This document shows, piece by piece, positions 29,229 through 40,310 of a DNA stretch of 64,000 nucleotides. Numbering within the stretch: position 1 is the stretch's first letter; the number at the start of each line of letters is the position of its first letter. A program made the translations under genes and the position numbers. The stretch spans positions 248,001 through 312,000 of the forward strand of contig NZ_CP134949.1 in the NCBI RefSeq assembly GCF_032116555.1. The letters run 5' to 3'. Under the pieces are notes generated by a model, which ran no database searches, was not told the DNA's origin, and was given only the letters and a program-made list of their open reading frames with translations. This DNA comes from Halorarum halobium (GTDB lineage: Archaea > Halobacteriota > Halobacteria > Halobacteriales > Haloferacaceae).

Positions 29229-29583
29229 CGGTTCTCTCCTCCACCTGAACGGTCGGGCGGGAACCCCATATAACTGGAGAGCGATTCTCGGGTGCCGGGA
29301 ATCGCACGTCCGCGTGGCTCGAACGGCTCGTCGTCGACGACATCGGCGGTGACGACGCTCGCCACCCAATCACGTCGTGCCGTCGCCGTCGACTTCCTTC
29401 CCTCACACGAGCCGGTACGGTGGGATTCCCGAATCACGTGCCAGAGATGATTTAGAGATCATTCAAGTATTGGTCTCCGGGAGATCGCTCAATATCGCTA
29501 CTATCTCGAATAGAGGGCGAATCAGGCAGCTAAACTCGCTCTCAACGAAACCATTATTTGAACATGCTCTCAAGCTACTCTCG

Positions 29584-29982
29584 ATGGCACAGGCGACGGA
29601 TCGTCTCCGACGATATCTCGACGAGGAACTGGGCGACTGTCGGACCGAGGACGTCGAGCGCCGACTCGAGGAACTCGGAACGCTCGAGGCCGCGCTAGGG
29701 ACGGCACGGGTCGACGCCGAACTCGACGTCCTTTCGGCACTCGCCAACGAGACGCGCTACACGCTCGTCCGCGTCCTCGTCGCAGCACGGGAGGAGCTCT
29801 GCGTCTGTGAGCTGAACGCGGTCGTGGACGTGACCGAAAGCGGGCTCAGCCACGCGCTCTCGCCGCTCGTCGACGCCGGGCTCGTCTCCGGGCGCAAGGA
29901 CGGGCGCTGGAAGAAGTACCGCGCCACCAACCGGGCCGTCGCACTCGTCACCGTGCTCGAGGGGAGTCTGAACGATGAGTGA
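29584..29982 (+). CDS. arsR: arsenic-resistance regulator ArsR
   Basis: ELCVCEL metalloid-binding box; first gene of the ars operon. Confidence 0.92.
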   Translation: MAQATDRLRRYLDEELGDCRTEDVERRLEELGTLEAALGTARVDAELDVLSALANETRYTLVRVLVAAREELCVCELNAVVDVTESGLSHALSPLVDAGLVSGRKDGRWKKYRATNRAVALVTVLEGSLNDE

Positions 29983-31138
29983 GACGGCCCACGAACACGG
30001 GCCCGACTGCGACTGTGAGCGCTGTGGTGACCCGCGCTCGATGGACGTTCTCGACAAGTACCTCACCGTCTGGATCGTCGGGGCGATGGCGGTCGGCGTC
30101 GGGCTCGGCTACGTCGCCCCGTCGGTGACCCGACCGATTCAGAACTTCCACCTCGTCGAGATCGGCCTCATTGCGATGATGTATCCGCCGCTGGCGAAGG
30201 CGGACTACTCGCAACTCCGCGCCGTCTTCAGCAACTGGCGCGTGCTCGGGTTGAGTCTCGTTCAGAACTGGCTGATCGGACCGACCCTGATGTTCGGGCT
30301 GGCGGTCGTCTTCTTCAGCGGACTCGTCCCCGGCCTGCCGGCGCGTCCCGAGTACTTCCTCGGGCTCGTGTTCATCGGGATGGCCCGATGTATCGCGATG
30401 GTCCTGGTCTGGAACGAACTCGCGGACGGGTCGACCGAGTACGTGACGGGGCTGGTCGCGTTCAACAGCCTCTTCCAGATCGTCACCTACGGCGTGTACG
30501 TCTGGTTCTTCGCGCTGTTCCTCCCGCCGTTCCTGGGGATGGAGTCGCTTGCCGCCGGCGTCACGACGTTCGACGTCACGCCGATGCAGGTGTTCGAGGC
30601 GATCGTGGTCTTCCTCGGGATCCCGTTCGCCGGCGGCTTTCTGACCCGCGCCGTCGGGACCCGCGTGAAGGGTGACGCCTGGTACGACGACGAGTTCGTT
30701 CCGAGGATCGACCCGCTCACGCTCGTCGCGCTCCTGTTCACCGTCGTCGTGATGTTCGCCACGCAGGGCGGCACCATCGTCGCCTCGCCGGGCGACGTCC
30801 TGTTGATCGCGGTGCCGCTGACGATCTACTTCGTCGTGATGTTCCTCGTAAGCTTCGGGATGGGGCGTGGCATCGGCGCGGACTACTCGACGACGACCGC
30901 GATCGGGTTCACGGCGGCGTCGAACAACTTCGAACTCGCCATCGCCGTCGCCGTGGCGGTGTTCGGCGTCGGCTCCGGCGTCGCGTTCGCCACCGTCGTC
31001 GGCCCGCTCATCGAAGTCCCCGTCCTGCTCGCGCTGGTCAACGTCGCGCTGTACTTCCGGCGAACGTTCGACTGGAGCGGTGCCACGGTCGGACAGCTCA
31101 CCCCGTCCGCTTCGGACCCGACTCCCGAGGACGATTGA
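29975..31138 (+). CDS. acr3: ACR3 family arsenite efflux pump
   Basis: MMYPPLAK, ARCIAMV, SNNFELAIAV, GPLIEVP. Confidence 0.95.
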   Translation: MSETAHEHGPDCDCERCGDPRSMDVLDKYLTVWIVGAMAVGVGLGYVAPSVTRPIQNFHLVEIGLIAMMYPPLAKADYSQLRAVFSNWRVLGLSLVQNWLIGPTLMFGLAVVFFSGLVPGLPARPEYFLGLVFIGMARCIAMVLVWNELADGSTEYVTGLVAFNSLFQIVTYGVYVWFFALFLPPFLGMESLAAGVTTFDVTPMQVFEAIVVFLGIPFAGGFLTRAVGTRVKGDAWYDDEFVPRIDPLTLVALLFTVVVMFATQGGTIVASPGDVLLIAVPLTIYFVVMFLVSFGMGRGIGADYSTTTAIGFTAASNNFELAIAVAVAVFGVGSGVAFATVVGPLIEVPVLLALVNVALYFRRTFDWSGATVGQLTPSASDPTPEDD

Positions 31139-31153
31139 GCGCGCCACGATCCA

Positions 31154-31369
31154 ATGTCCAACCAGACAGACTCCGTTGCTTCCCTTCGGGTCGCGTTCGT
31201 CCGCGTGGAGAACGCGGGTCGAGGTCGGGTCGCGGCTGCCGTCGCCGCAATCCGGGCTCGGATTCAGGGCCGGACGGACGTCGAGATCCACAGCGGCGAC
31301 ACGGACCCGGCCGGGGAGAGCGACCCGACCGTCGCGGACCGACGAAACCACACACGACAGAGCCAATGA
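31154..31369 (+). pseudogene. truncated, degenerate arsenate reductase (ArsC) copy
   Basis: AFVRVENAGRGR versus AFMCVRNAGRSQ in the next gene: catalytic Cys lost, C-terminal half absent. Confidence 0.75.
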
Positions 31370-31809
31370 CCGAACCCACCACCACCGACCCGATTCGAAT
31401 CGCCTTCATGTGCGTCCGGAACGCCGGCCGCTCCCAGATGTCCACGGCAGTCGCCGAGCGCGAACGGGAGCGACGCGGTCTCGAGGACCGCGTCGAACTC
31501 CTCACCGGCGGGACCGACCCTGCCGACCACGTCCACGAGGTCGTGGTCGAGGTCATGCGCGAGGCCGGCTTCGACCTCGCGGACCGGACGCCCCGCGAGA
31601 TCACCGTCGAGGAGCTTCGCTCCTGCGACTACGTCGCCACCATGGGCTGTTCCACGCTGGACGTGGGGACCGTCGGGCCCGACGTGGACGTGCGCGACTG
31701 GGCGCTGGACGACCCCGGCGAACGGGAGCTGGATGCGGTACGGGAGATCCGCGACGAGATCGAGCGACGGGTGGTCGCGCTGTTCGACGAGATCGAGGAG
31801 GCGTCATAA
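31366..31809 (+). CDS. arsC: LMW-PTP-type arsenate reductase
   Basis: CVRNAGRSQM P-loop, TMGC, WALDDP. Confidence 0.9.
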   Translation: MTEPTTTDPIRIAFMCVRNAGRSQMSTAVAERERERRGLEDRVELLTGGTDPADHVHEVVVEVMREAGFDLADRTPREITVEELRSCDYVATMGCSTLDVGTVGPDVDVRDWALDDPGERELDAVREIRDEIERRVVALFDEIEEAS

Positions 31810-31881
31810 GAAGAGAACTCGAGGAAGCGCTGCGAGAAGGGAAGCGGCGTAAGATGCGAGTCTCGCGGGCGGAGCCGGCGG

Positions 31882-32847
31882 TTACGCGTCGCCGTCGGTC
31901 GCGGGCGATCCGGCATCCCCGCGGACGCGGGCCCGGTGCGTCTCGGAGGCCGCCTCGACCGCCGCCCAGTCCACTGGCGCGTCGACCCCCGCCAGTTCGT
32001 CCCCCAGCGCGGCTAGTTCCTCGCCGAAGCGGTCGCGCCAGGCGGGCCGTGCGAGCCCGTCCAGTTCCGCCGCCAGCGCCTCGCGCCGGTCGGCCAGCGC
32101 GTCGACGTCCGAGACGAGCGCCTCGCGGAACGGCTCGTCCTCGCGGTCGGCCCACTCGCGGAGCTCCGCCAGTTCGGCCCGCAGGTCGGCGACGACGCAG
32201 TTCAGCACCCGCGTACGCATGCTGGCGTCGGCCCACTCGACGGCCGGTTCGGCCGTGGTCTCGGGGAGCGCTTGGGCCGCAGCTTCGAGTTCGGCCAGCG
32301 ACTCGGCCGCGAACGAGACGTCCTCGCCGAACTCGTCGTACCGACGCGCGGGGCTCGTGAGCCACGATTCGACCTGTTCGAGGTCCGTCTGGAGGTCGTC
32401 CGCGGTCCGGACAACGCCCTGCGCGTTCGACGCGACCGCCCGGAGTTCGACGGCGAGTTCGTACGCCGCGGTCGGGTCGTTCAGCCGTTCGACCGGCGAT
32501 CCGAGATCCCGCGAGAGGTCGTCCCGGCGCGCCTCGACGGCCGCGAGCCGGTCTGCGGCCTCGTCGAGCCGGGCGGACACGACCTCGAGGTCGGCGACGG
32601 GTTCGGCCGCCTCGCGCGCCTCCTCGTGCTCGATCCGCGCCAGTTCGACCCGGGTTTCCGCGGTGGCGACGACCTTCGAGGTGTCCGAGACGGCCGACTC
32701 GACGGCGGCCTCGGTGACGACGCCGTCCTCGGTGACTGGGTCGAGCGCCGCCCGGACGGCGTCCCGCTCGCGCGTCCCGTCCGCCGCGAGGATCGTTTCG
32801 ACGGCCTCCTCCGTGGTTCGACCGACGACGGCCTGGGGTCGACTCAT
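31882..32847 (-). CDS. coiled-coil haloarchaeal hypothetical protein (so-called halo transducer type)
   Basis: 321 aa Ala/Glu/Asp-rich helical; SKVVATAETRVELA. Confidence 0.7.
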   Translation of the reverse strand: MSRPQAVVGRTTEEAVETILAADGTRERDAVRAALDPVTEDGVVTEAAVESAVSDTSKVVATAETRVELARIEHEEAREAAEPVADLEVVSARLDEAADRLAAVEARRDDLSRDLGSPVERLNDPTAAYELAVELRAVASNAQGVVRTADDLQTDLEQVESWLTSPARRYDEFGEDVSFAAESLAELEAAAQALPETTAEPAVEWADASMRTRVLNCVVADLRAELAELREWADREDEPFREALVSDVDALADRREALAAELDGLARPAWRDRFGEELAALGDELAGVDAPVDWAAVEAASETHRARVRGDAGSPATDGDA

Positions 32848-32894
32848 GCCCGACCGTCCTCGGTCCCGACGGATGTACTTTTTCTCAGAGCAAT

Positions 32895-32938
32895 CTATTA
32901 GGGAATATAGCGGGCCGGAGCGCTATTGTCGGCTATAG
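32895..32938. promoter_or_regulatory. tandem CTATT-N6-TATAG boxes upstream of pstS
   Basis: two copies, at 32895-32910 and 32923-32938. Confidence 0.5.
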
Positions 32939-33053
32939 ATCGGCCCGTATCCGGGGGGAGATCTCCGAGGGCTGGGTAGCCGAAGGGAGTTCTCTGAGCC
33001 GACAGTACCAGTATTATAAACCCCTTTTACCGTCTCACCGAAGCCGTCAGGTG

Positions 33054-34265
33054 ATGGTAGACGACCCCAACCAGTCCATCACCGGCGTATCGCGGCGGAA
33101 ATTCATCCTCACCTCCGGCGTCGTCGGCGCGACGGGCCTCGCCGGCTGTTCGAGTTCGAGCGAGACCACCCCGAGCGGGAGTTCTGGCGGGGACTCGGGC
33201 GGCGATTCGGACGGGGATTCGGGCGGCGACGACGGCGACGGCTCGGGCGGCGACGGCGGCATGGACACCTCGCTGCTCAACGCCGAGGGGTCCTCGACGG
33301 TCTACCCCATCTCCAACAAGGGGAGCTCCTACTGGAACTCCAACGCGCCGCCGAGCGACGGCGAGTACTGGGGCTCCAACTCGGAGAGCACCGTCCCCGG
33401 CTGGTCGGACCTCGGCGAGCCCGACATGCTCCTTGCCGACTACTTCGCCAGCCAGGCCGGCTTCGAGCCGACCGAACAGCGCTCGGAGCCGCCGTTCCCG
33501 ACGACGGTCGGCCTCTCGCACTCGGGGACAGGCTGTGAGGCCGTCGTTGACGGCCTCGTCGACATCGGCAACTCCTCGGGCCCGATCACGGCCGAACTCG
33601 ACTGGAGCGAGCAGCGGCGCGACGAGGAGGTCGTCGACCACGTCGTCGGCCGCGACGGCCAGCCGGTCGTCGTCAGCGGCGACGTGTGGGACGAGGGCAT
33701 CCAGCAGCTCACCGGCGAGCAGGTCCGGATGATCTTCCAGGGCGAAGTCGAGAACTGGAGCGACCTCGAGGGCATCAGCTACGACCAGGAGATCTACGCC
33801 ATCGGCCGCGCCGAGGGCTCCGGCACCGACACCGCGTTCAGGCTCAACATGCTCGGCGACGCCGACGCGCCGATGGACGTCGACACCCGGCAGGGCCAGA
33901 ACCAGCAGGTCGCCCAGCTCGTCTCCCAGAACGAGGGCGCCATCGCGTACATGGCGCTCGCGTTCACGAGCGACGCGGTCCGTCCCATCGCCATCGACTT
34001 CGAGGGGACCGTGTACGAGCCGGACCGGGACGCGGAGAACACCATCTTCGACAGCGAGTACCCGCTGAACCGGAACCTGCACATGTACACGAAGATCACC
34101 GACGACACGCCCAGCGGGACGGACCGGCGCGAGGCCGCCTTCATGAACATGTTCCTGACCACGTTCGGGCAGACGCTGTTCGTGGAGGACGTGAACTACA
34201 TCCCCCTGCCGACGGCCGACATCGAGTCCGAACGGGAGAAGCTCAGCGACTGGATCGACTACTGA
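33054..34265 (+). CDS. pstS: phosphate ABC transporter substrate-binding lipoprotein
   Basis: Tat SRRKFI plus LAGC lipobox; GSSTV, SHSGTG, RAEGSGT. Confidence 0.95.
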   Translation: MVDDPNQSITGVSRRKFILTSGVVGATGLAGCSSSSETTPSGSSGGDSGGDSDGDSGGDDGDGSGGDGGMDTSLLNAEGSSTVYPISNKGSSYWNSNAPPSDGEYWGSNSESTVPGWSDLGEPDMLLADYFASQAGFEPTEQRSEPPFPTTVGLSHSGTGCEAVVDGLVDIGNSSGPITAELDWSEQRRDEEVVDHVVGRDGQPVVVSGDVWDEGIQQLTGEQVRMIFQGEVENWSDLEGISYDQEIYAIGRAEGSGTDTAFRLNMLGDADAPMDVDTRQGQNQQVAQLVSQNEGAIAYMALAFTSDAVRPIAIDFEGTVYEPDRDAENTIFDSEYPLNRNLHMYTKITDDTPSGTDRREAAFMNMFLTTFGQTLFVEDVNYIPLPTADIESEREKLSDWIDY

Positions 34266-34328
34266 GCCGACCCCGGCCGGCGGCGCTCTCGGACCGGACA
34301 CCAGGCACTCGAAATTATTTCAAATGAC

Positions 34329-35462
34329 ATGACAGCAGCGAGAGAACGGGTGGGATCGTGGCTTCGTGACGCGGGCGAGCGGCAGGTACGGCGGGGCAGG
34401 GCGTTCGTCGACGACACCGAGCCGGAGGCGCTCGCGGTCGTCGGAATCGGATCGGCGGCGATGCTCGTGGCGTTCGTCGGGTTCCTGTTGGTCTCTCCGC
34501 TGACCGTCCTCCCCTTCGCCGTTTCGATCGCGACGTTCGGCTACGGCTGGGTCAGACACCAGGAAGTGACCGCGAGGGTGCTGACGCTGATGACGACCGT
34601 CTCGACGATCCTGATCCTCGGGCTCATCATCGTCTTCATCTTCATGGAGTCGATCCCGGTCATCCGGTACGAGAGCGCGACGGTGTTCGGCGTGACCGTG
34701 CCCGGGCTCCGGCTGTTCGTGGAGACGCGGTGGGACGCGGTCGCCGATCCGGTCCGGTACTCGATGGTGCCGATGATCCACGGGACGGTGATGGTGACCC
34801 TCATCGCGACGGCGGTCGCCGCGCCGCTGGGCGTCGCGGCGGCGCTGTTCCTCTCCGAGATCGCCCCCCCGATGGTGCGGGAGGCGGTCAAGCCCGGCGT
34901 CGAGATCCTCGCCGGCATCCCCTCCATCGTCTACGGGTTCATCGGCTTCACCGTCCTGAGCCCGTGGGCCTCCACCCAGTTCGACCTCAGCGGGCAGGGG
35001 ACGTACCTCTTCGTCGGCATCGTGGTCGGGCTGATGGCGCTCCCGACGGTCGTCTCCGTCGGGGAGGACGCCCTCTCCAGCGTCCCCGAGTCGATCAAGA
35101 GCGGCTCGCTCGCGGTCGGCACGACCGACTGGCAGACGATGACCTCGATCACGCTGCCGGCCGCGTTCTCGGGCGTCTCCGCGGCCGTGCTGCTCGGCGT
35201 CGGGCGCGCCATCGGCGAGACGATGGCCGCGACGGTGATGCTCCGGGGGGTTCCCCGGCTCACCGACCCGCTGTACAACGTCTTCTACGGCCAGGAGACG
35301 CTCACCTCGCTCATCGCGCGAAACTACGGCGACGCGGACGGCCTCCAGATGGACGCGCTGTTCGTCTCGGGCGTCATCCTCTTCATCACGGTGCTTTTCA
35401 TCTCGATCGGCTCGCAGTACATCGAGTGGCGGATGCACCGGAAGTTCGGGGGTGAGCTCTGA
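34329..35462 (+). CDS. pstC: phosphate ABC transporter permease
   Basis: [19 protein letters not shown]. Confidence 0.95.
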   Translation: MTAARERVGSWLRDAGERQVRRGRAFVDDTEPEALAVVGIGSAAMLVAFVGFLLVSPLTVLPFAVSIATFGYGWVRHQEVTARVLTLMTTVSTILILGLIIVFIFMESIPVIRYESATVFGVTVPGLRLFVETRWDAVADPVRYSMVPMIHGTVMVTLIATAVAAPLGVAAALFLSEIAPPMVREAVKPGVEILAGIPSIVYGFIGFTVLSPWASTQFDLSGQGTYLFVGIVVGLMALPTVVSVGEDALSSVPESIKSGSLAVGTTDWQTMTSITLPAAFSGVSAAVLLGVGRAIGETMAATVMLRGVPRLTDPLYNVFYGQETLTSLIARNYGDADGLQMDALFVSGVILFITVLFISIGSQYIEWRMHRKFGGEL

Positions 35463-37096
35463 TGGCGGGCGCGATGGGGACCGACCTCGTCCGGCAGGAC
35501 ACCTCCGGGACCGACGCGGTCGCCGCCGTCGCGGTCGCCGTCTCGGCCGTGCTGTTCGGGCTCTCGATCGTGGCGCTGGCCGAGGGGATCTCGATCACCG
35601 GCACCGTCGCGGGCGTCTCGACGGTCGCGCTCCTGGGCGCCCTCCTCGTCCTGCTCGGCGGGGCCGTCGTCTCCTTCGGCGTCGGCTCCCGCCTCGAGTT
35701 CGTCTCGACGACCCCGGACGCCAGCGCCGGCCTGATCGCGGGGGCCGCCGGCGCAGTCCCGTGGTTCGTCGTCGGTGCCGGCGCCGCGACCCTGCTCCTC
35801 GGCTCCGGGGGTATCGGACTGGTCGTCGGCGGACTCCTCCTCGGCGGCGTCGCCTTCGCGGCCACGGTGCTCCCCCGCGAGGACGTCGGGTCGACGGTTC
35901 CCATCGGGGCGCTGCCGGCGTTGACCGGCCTGGTGTTCCTGACCGGCACGCTCGGCCCGGAGTGGGTGTGGGACCTGGGCTGGGAGCAGACCGCCTCGCT
36001 GACCGCGGAGTTCGTCATCCCGGTCGCGACCCTGTCCAACGCGATGCTCGCCGGCTGGGCGGCCGCGAAGGCGTACGGCGGCTTCGGCGCTCGCGGCCGG
36101 CACCTGGGCGCGTACGTGCTCGTCTACCTGAACGCCCTCTCCATCGTCGCGTTCCTGTTCGTCCTCGTCGCGTTCACGGTCGTCCAGGGCGTCCCGGGGC
36201 TCCTCACCGGGGTCCAGTTCGGCCTCGGCGTCGGGCCCGAGACCACGCTCGGACTGTTCGGCCTGGAGCTGAGCTTCCGGTGGCCGGTCTCGATCCCGTT
36301 CCTGATGAACGGCGTCGCGCTGTTGAACGAGTTCAACGGCGTGCTCCCGGCGATCGTGGGGACGGTGTGGCTCGTCGTCGGTGCCGTGCTGTTCGCGGTG
36401 CCACTCGCGGTCGGGGCCGCGATCTTCCTCACCGAGTACGCCGAGCAGGGCGCGTTCACGCGGGCGGTCGAGATCGCGACGAACGGCCTCTGGAGCACCC
36501 CCAGCATCGTCTTCGGCCTGTTCGGGTTCGCGTTCCTCATCCCACGGTTCGGCAACAGCAAGTCGCTGCTGTCGGGGATGCTCACGCTCGGGTTCATGCT
36601 GCTCCCGCTGGTGTTGATCACCAGCCGCGAGGCGATGCTCTCGGTGCCCGACGAGTACCGCGACGCGAGCGCCGCCCTCGGCGTCACGCGCTGGCAGACC
36701 ATCAGGAGCGTCGTCCTGCCGGCCGCGCTCCCCGGCGTCGTCACCGGGGTCATCCTCGGCGTCGGACGGATCGCCGGCGAGACGGCCCCCATCCTGCTGA
36801 CGATGGCGGGCGGGACGTTCGTCCCCGGGGGACAGACGGTCGACGTGATCGGCGGCTTCGAGTTCACGTCGGCCCCGCCGTTCGTGGCCAACCCCGAACT
36901 GCTGCAGGCGACCTCGGCGCTCCCCTACCAGCTGTTCGCGCTCATCACCGCGGGCGTCGGGCTGGGGGAGAACGTCGCCAACCCCGACGAGTTCCGGTGG
37001 GCGACCGCGCTCGTCCTCCTCGCCGTCGTCCTGACGTTCTACGCCATCGGCATCGGCACGCGATACTACTTCCGGCGGAAGCTCAGACACGAATGA
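35462..37096 (+). CDS. pstA: phosphate ABC transporter permease
   Basis: [19 protein letters not shown]; extended N-terminal TM region. Confidence 0.95.
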   Translation: MAGAMGTDLVRQDTSGTDAVAAVAVAVSAVLFGLSIVALAEGISITGTVAGVSTVALLGALLVLLGGAVVSFGVGSRLEFVSTTPDASAGLIAGAAGAVPWFVVGAGAATLLLGSGGIGLVVGGLLLGGVAFAATVLPREDVGSTVPIGALPALTGLVFLTGTLGPEWVWDLGWEQTASLTAEFVIPVATLSNAMLAGWAAAKAYGGFGARGRHLGAYVLVYLNALSIVAFLFVLVAFTVVQGVPGLLTGVQFGLGVGPETTLGLFGLELSFRWPVSIPFLMNGVALLNEFNGVLPAIVGTVWLVVGAVLFAVPLAVGAAIFLTEYAEQGAFTRAVEIATNGLWSTPSIVFGLFGFAFLIPRFGNSKSLLSGMLTLGFMLLPLVLITSREAMLSVPDEYRDASAALGVTRWQTIRSVVLPAALPGVVTGVILGVGRIAGETAPILLTMAGGTFVPGGQTVDVIGGFEFTSAPPFVANPELLQATSALPYQLFALITAGVGLGENVANPDEFRWATALVLLAVVLTFYAIGIGTRYYFRRKLRHE

Positions 37097-38025
37097 CCAT
37101 GAGTGACACACCACAGACCCAGCAGGAAAGCCAGACCGACCAGCCGCTCGAGACCGATCAGCCGCTCGAAACGACCGCCGGCGAGACCGACGAGCGCGTC
37201 CGTGAGGAGTGGCGGGAACACGAGTTCGCGGGCCGGGCCAAGCTGGCGGTCGAGGACCTGAACGTCCACTACGGCGACGACCACGCGCTGAAGGACGTCT
37301 CGATGGACATCCCGAGCAACAGCGTCACGGCGCTCATCGGTCCCTCCGGCTGCGGGAAGTCGACGTTCCTCCGGTGTCTCAACCGGATGAACGACCGCAT
37401 CTCGGCCGCTCGGATCGACGGCTCGGTCGCGCTCGACGGCGAGGAACTCTACCAGGACGGCGTCAATCTCGTCGAACTCCGCAAGCGCGTCGGCATGGTG
37501 TTCCAGTCGCCGAACCCGTTCCCGAAGTCGATCCGGGACAACGTCTCCTACGGCCCGCGCAAGCACGGCGACATCGAGACGGGCCTCCTCGCGCGCGCGC
37601 TCGGCCGGTCGAACGAGGACGAGCGCGACGACCTCGTCGAGCGCTGTCTGCGCAACGCAGCCCTCTGGGAGGAGGTGTCCGACCGCCTCGACGACAACGC
37701 GCTCGGCCTCTCGGGCGGCCAGCAGCAGCGCCTCTGTATCGCCCGCTGTCTCTCGGTCGATCCGGAGGTCATCCTGATGGACGAGCCCGCCTCGGCGCTT
37801 GACCCCATCGCCACCGCGAAGATCGAGGACCTCATCGACGACCTGAGCGAGCAGTACACGGTCGTCATCGTCACCCACAACATGCAGCAGGCGGCCCGCA
37901 TCTCTGACCAGACGGCCGTGTTCCTCACCGGCGGGGAGCTCGTGGAGTACGACGACACCGACAAGATCTTCGAGAACCCCGAGTCCCGGCGCGTCGAGGA
38001 GTACATCAGCGGGAAGTTCGGATGA
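37093..38025 (+). CDS. pstB: phosphate ABC transporter ATPase
   Basis: [38 protein letters not shown]. Confidence 0.97.
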   Translation: MTMSDTPQTQQESQTDQPLETDQPLETTAGETDERVREEWREHEFAGRAKLAVEDLNVHYGDDHALKDVSMDIPSNSVTALIGPSGCGKSTFLRCLNRMNDRISAARIDGSVALDGEELYQDGVNLVELRKRVGMVFQSPNPFPKSIRDNVSYGPRKHGDIETGLLARALGRSNEDERDDLVERCLRNAALWEEVSDRLDDNALGLSGGQQQRLCIARCLSVDPEVILMDEPASALDPIATAKIEDLIDDLSEQYTVVIVTHNMQQAARISDQTAVFLTGGELVEYDDTDKIFENPESRRVEEYISGKFG

Positions 38026-38171
38026 CCGGGGCCCCCCGTGGAGGCGGCGCGGACGCGGTCGCCGTGGGCCGGCCGGGAGCCGCTCGCGCGACGCCGCCCT
38101 CCACCGGACCCGTCGCCGCGCCGCGCGCGTCGTCCGCTCACCAACCCACCTCACGACCCACCGCCTGACAG

Positions 38172-39245
38172 ATGGAGACGCGAAAGATCCAGACGGTCGG
38201 CAGCGGGACTTACACCGTCTCGCTCCCGAAGTCGTGGGCAGAGTCCGAGGGCATCTCGGCGGGGACGGTCGTCACCCTGCACGCCGACATCGACGGCCTC
38301 CTCCGCGTCGAGGCCCCCGGCCACGAGCGGGACGAACGGAGCCGCGTCTCGGTGCGGGTCGAGGACGGCGAGCCCGAGCGGCTCGAACGGGCAGTCAGGG
38401 CCGCCTACGCGGCCGGGTTCGAGGAACTCGTGCTCACCGCGCCCGACGGGTTCGGGGACGACCAGCGGGGGACCGTCAGGGCCGTCACCCGCACCCTCCC
38501 GGGCGTGACGATCGCCGACGAGTCGGCCGACCGGCTCACGGTGCGGACGCTGCTCGACGCCTCGGAGGTCTCGATCCGGCAGACGATCCGCCAGCTTCGG
38601 TTCGTCGCGCTCTCGATGCACCGGGACGCGACGGCCGCGCTGACCGGCGAGGCGACCGTCGAGGCCCCGGGCGACCGTGACGACGAGGCCGACCGCCTGT
38701 TCGCGATGATCGACCGGCACGTCGGGCGCGGCCTCTCGCGGCTCGACGAGGTCGACGCGCTCGGGGTGACCCGTCCCGAACTGTTCGCGCTCTGGGTCAC
38801 CGCCCGCGAACTGGAGGGCGTCGCCGACCGCGCGGAGCAGCTCGCAACGACGGCGGCCGAACTCGACGGGCAGGCGACGGTGCCCGGCGAGGGTGACCTG
38901 GACGCGGTCGCCCGGCAGGCCCGCCAGGCGGTCGAGGACGCGGTGGGCGTCGTCGTCGGCGACGGCACCGTGGACGCGGCGCGGCGCGCGCTGGCCGCCC
39001 GCGAGGCGGTCCGCGAGGAGACCGACGCGATGGACCGGGCGCTGTTCGCCGCGGAAGGGGCCGACTACCGGCTCACGCACGCGCTTGAGGCCGTCCGCCG
39101 GACGGCCGAACACGCTGGCGCCGTCGCGGAACTGGCGCTCCGGATCGAACTCGGCGGCGGCGAGTTGCGGTCCGCGTCGGTCCAGGACGGCGACCGCGAC
39201 GGCGACGACTGGGTCCTCCGGGCGGTCGCGGGCTCGGACGAGTGA
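38172..39245 (+). CDS. phoU: AbrB-PhoU phosphate uptake regulator
   Basis: METRKIQTVGSGTYTVSLPKSWA AbrB domain followed by PhoU repeats. Confidence 0.9.
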   Translation: METRKIQTVGSGTYTVSLPKSWAESEGISAGTVVTLHADIDGLLRVEAPGHERDERSRVSVRVEDGEPERLERAVRAAYAAGFEELVLTAPDGFGDDQRGTVRAVTRTLPGVTIADESADRLTVRTLLDASEVSIRQTIRQLRFVALSMHRDATAALTGEATVEAPGDRDDEADRLFAMIDRHVGRGLSRLDEVDALGVTRPELFALWVTARELEGVADRAEQLATTAAELDGQATVPGEGDLDAVARQARQAVEDAVGVVVGDGTVDAARRALAAREAVREETDAMDRALFAAEGADYRLTHALEAVRRTAEHAGAVAELALRIELGGGELRSASVQDGDRDGDDWVLRAVAGSDE

Positions 39246-39326
39246 ACGCGCCCGACGGTCCTCGACTGTCCCGTTTTCCGCCGGTTCCCGCGAAGACCTA
39301 TACTGTCGGTCCGTGAAGCGCCGGGT

Positions 39327-40067
39327 ATGGACACCGCTGGGACCGAACGGTCGGGCCGCGAGGTGGCTACGGGCATCTACCGGTTCGGCACCAGCAGGAT
39401 CAACTGGTACGTGCTGGAAGCCGAGGACGGGCTGACGGTCGTCGACGCCGGGCTGCCGGCCCACTGGCCCCAGCTCGGCGACTGGCTCGCCGAGAACGGC
39501 TACGAGTTCGGCGACGTGGCGGCGCTCGTGGTGACCCACGCGGACGCCGACCACGTCGGCTTCGCGGCACGGCTGGCCGAACGGGGCGTACCGATCTACT
39601 GTCATCCGGCCGACCGTTCCCTCCTGAGCGGCCAGCCCCAGGGCGCGCCCGGCTGGTTCTACCGGAACCTCTGGCGGCCGGGGTTCCTCCGCTACGCGGT
39701 CGAGATGATCCGGGACGGCGTCACGTCAGTCGAGCCTGTCGCCGAGACCGAACCGCTCGCGGCCGGCGAGGTGCTCCCCGTTCCGGGCGAGCCCCGGGTC
39801 GTCTTTGCCCCCGGTCACACGCCCGGGTCGTGCGCGCTGTCGGTCGAGGACCGGGACGTCCTGTTCTGTGGCGACGTGCTCGCCACGCGGAACATCTTCA
39901 CCGGGCAGGAGGGCGACCCCCAGTTGCTCGGGGCAGCCGACGAGGATCACGAGGAGGCGAGGGGATCGCTCGACCGGCTCGACGGGCTGGGGTCGGTGAC
40001 GCTTCTGCCCGGCCACGGGAACCCGTGGCAGGGGGAGGTCGAGACGGCGGTCGAGAGCGCGCGGTGA
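39327..40067 (+). CDS. MBL-fold metallo-hydrolase
   Basis: THADADH, PGHTPG, GD, PGHG motifs. Confidence 0.92.
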   Translation: MDTAGTERSGREVATGIYRFGTSRINWYVLEAEDGLTVVDAGLPAHWPQLGDWLAENGYEFGDVAALVVTHADADHVGFAARLAERGVPIYCHPADRSLLSGQPQGAPGWFYRNLWRPGFLRYAVEMIRDGVTSVEPVAETEPLAAGEVLPVPGEPRVVFAPGHTPGSCALSVEDRDVLFCGDVLATRNIFTGQEGDPQLLGAADEDHEEARGSLDRLDGLGSVTLLPGHGNPWQGEVETAVESAR

Positions 40068-40310
40068 CGGCTGGTCGGCCGGCGACTGGCGGCGTGAAAA
40101 CACGCGTTCGATTGGTGAGGAAACGGGGGATACCGTCTTTCGGCTCCGACGTGGATGTGGTGGCCCGGATGAGTCGCCTCACCGGGGGCACAGCGGGCCG
40201 AATACGCCACCTGCCGTGAGACCGACTGCCGGGAACCGGTGGCGAGTGAACCGAACGGGTCCCCGTCCTCACCGCGAGAACGCGGGACCCGCCGGGCGCG
40301 ACGCCTTCAG

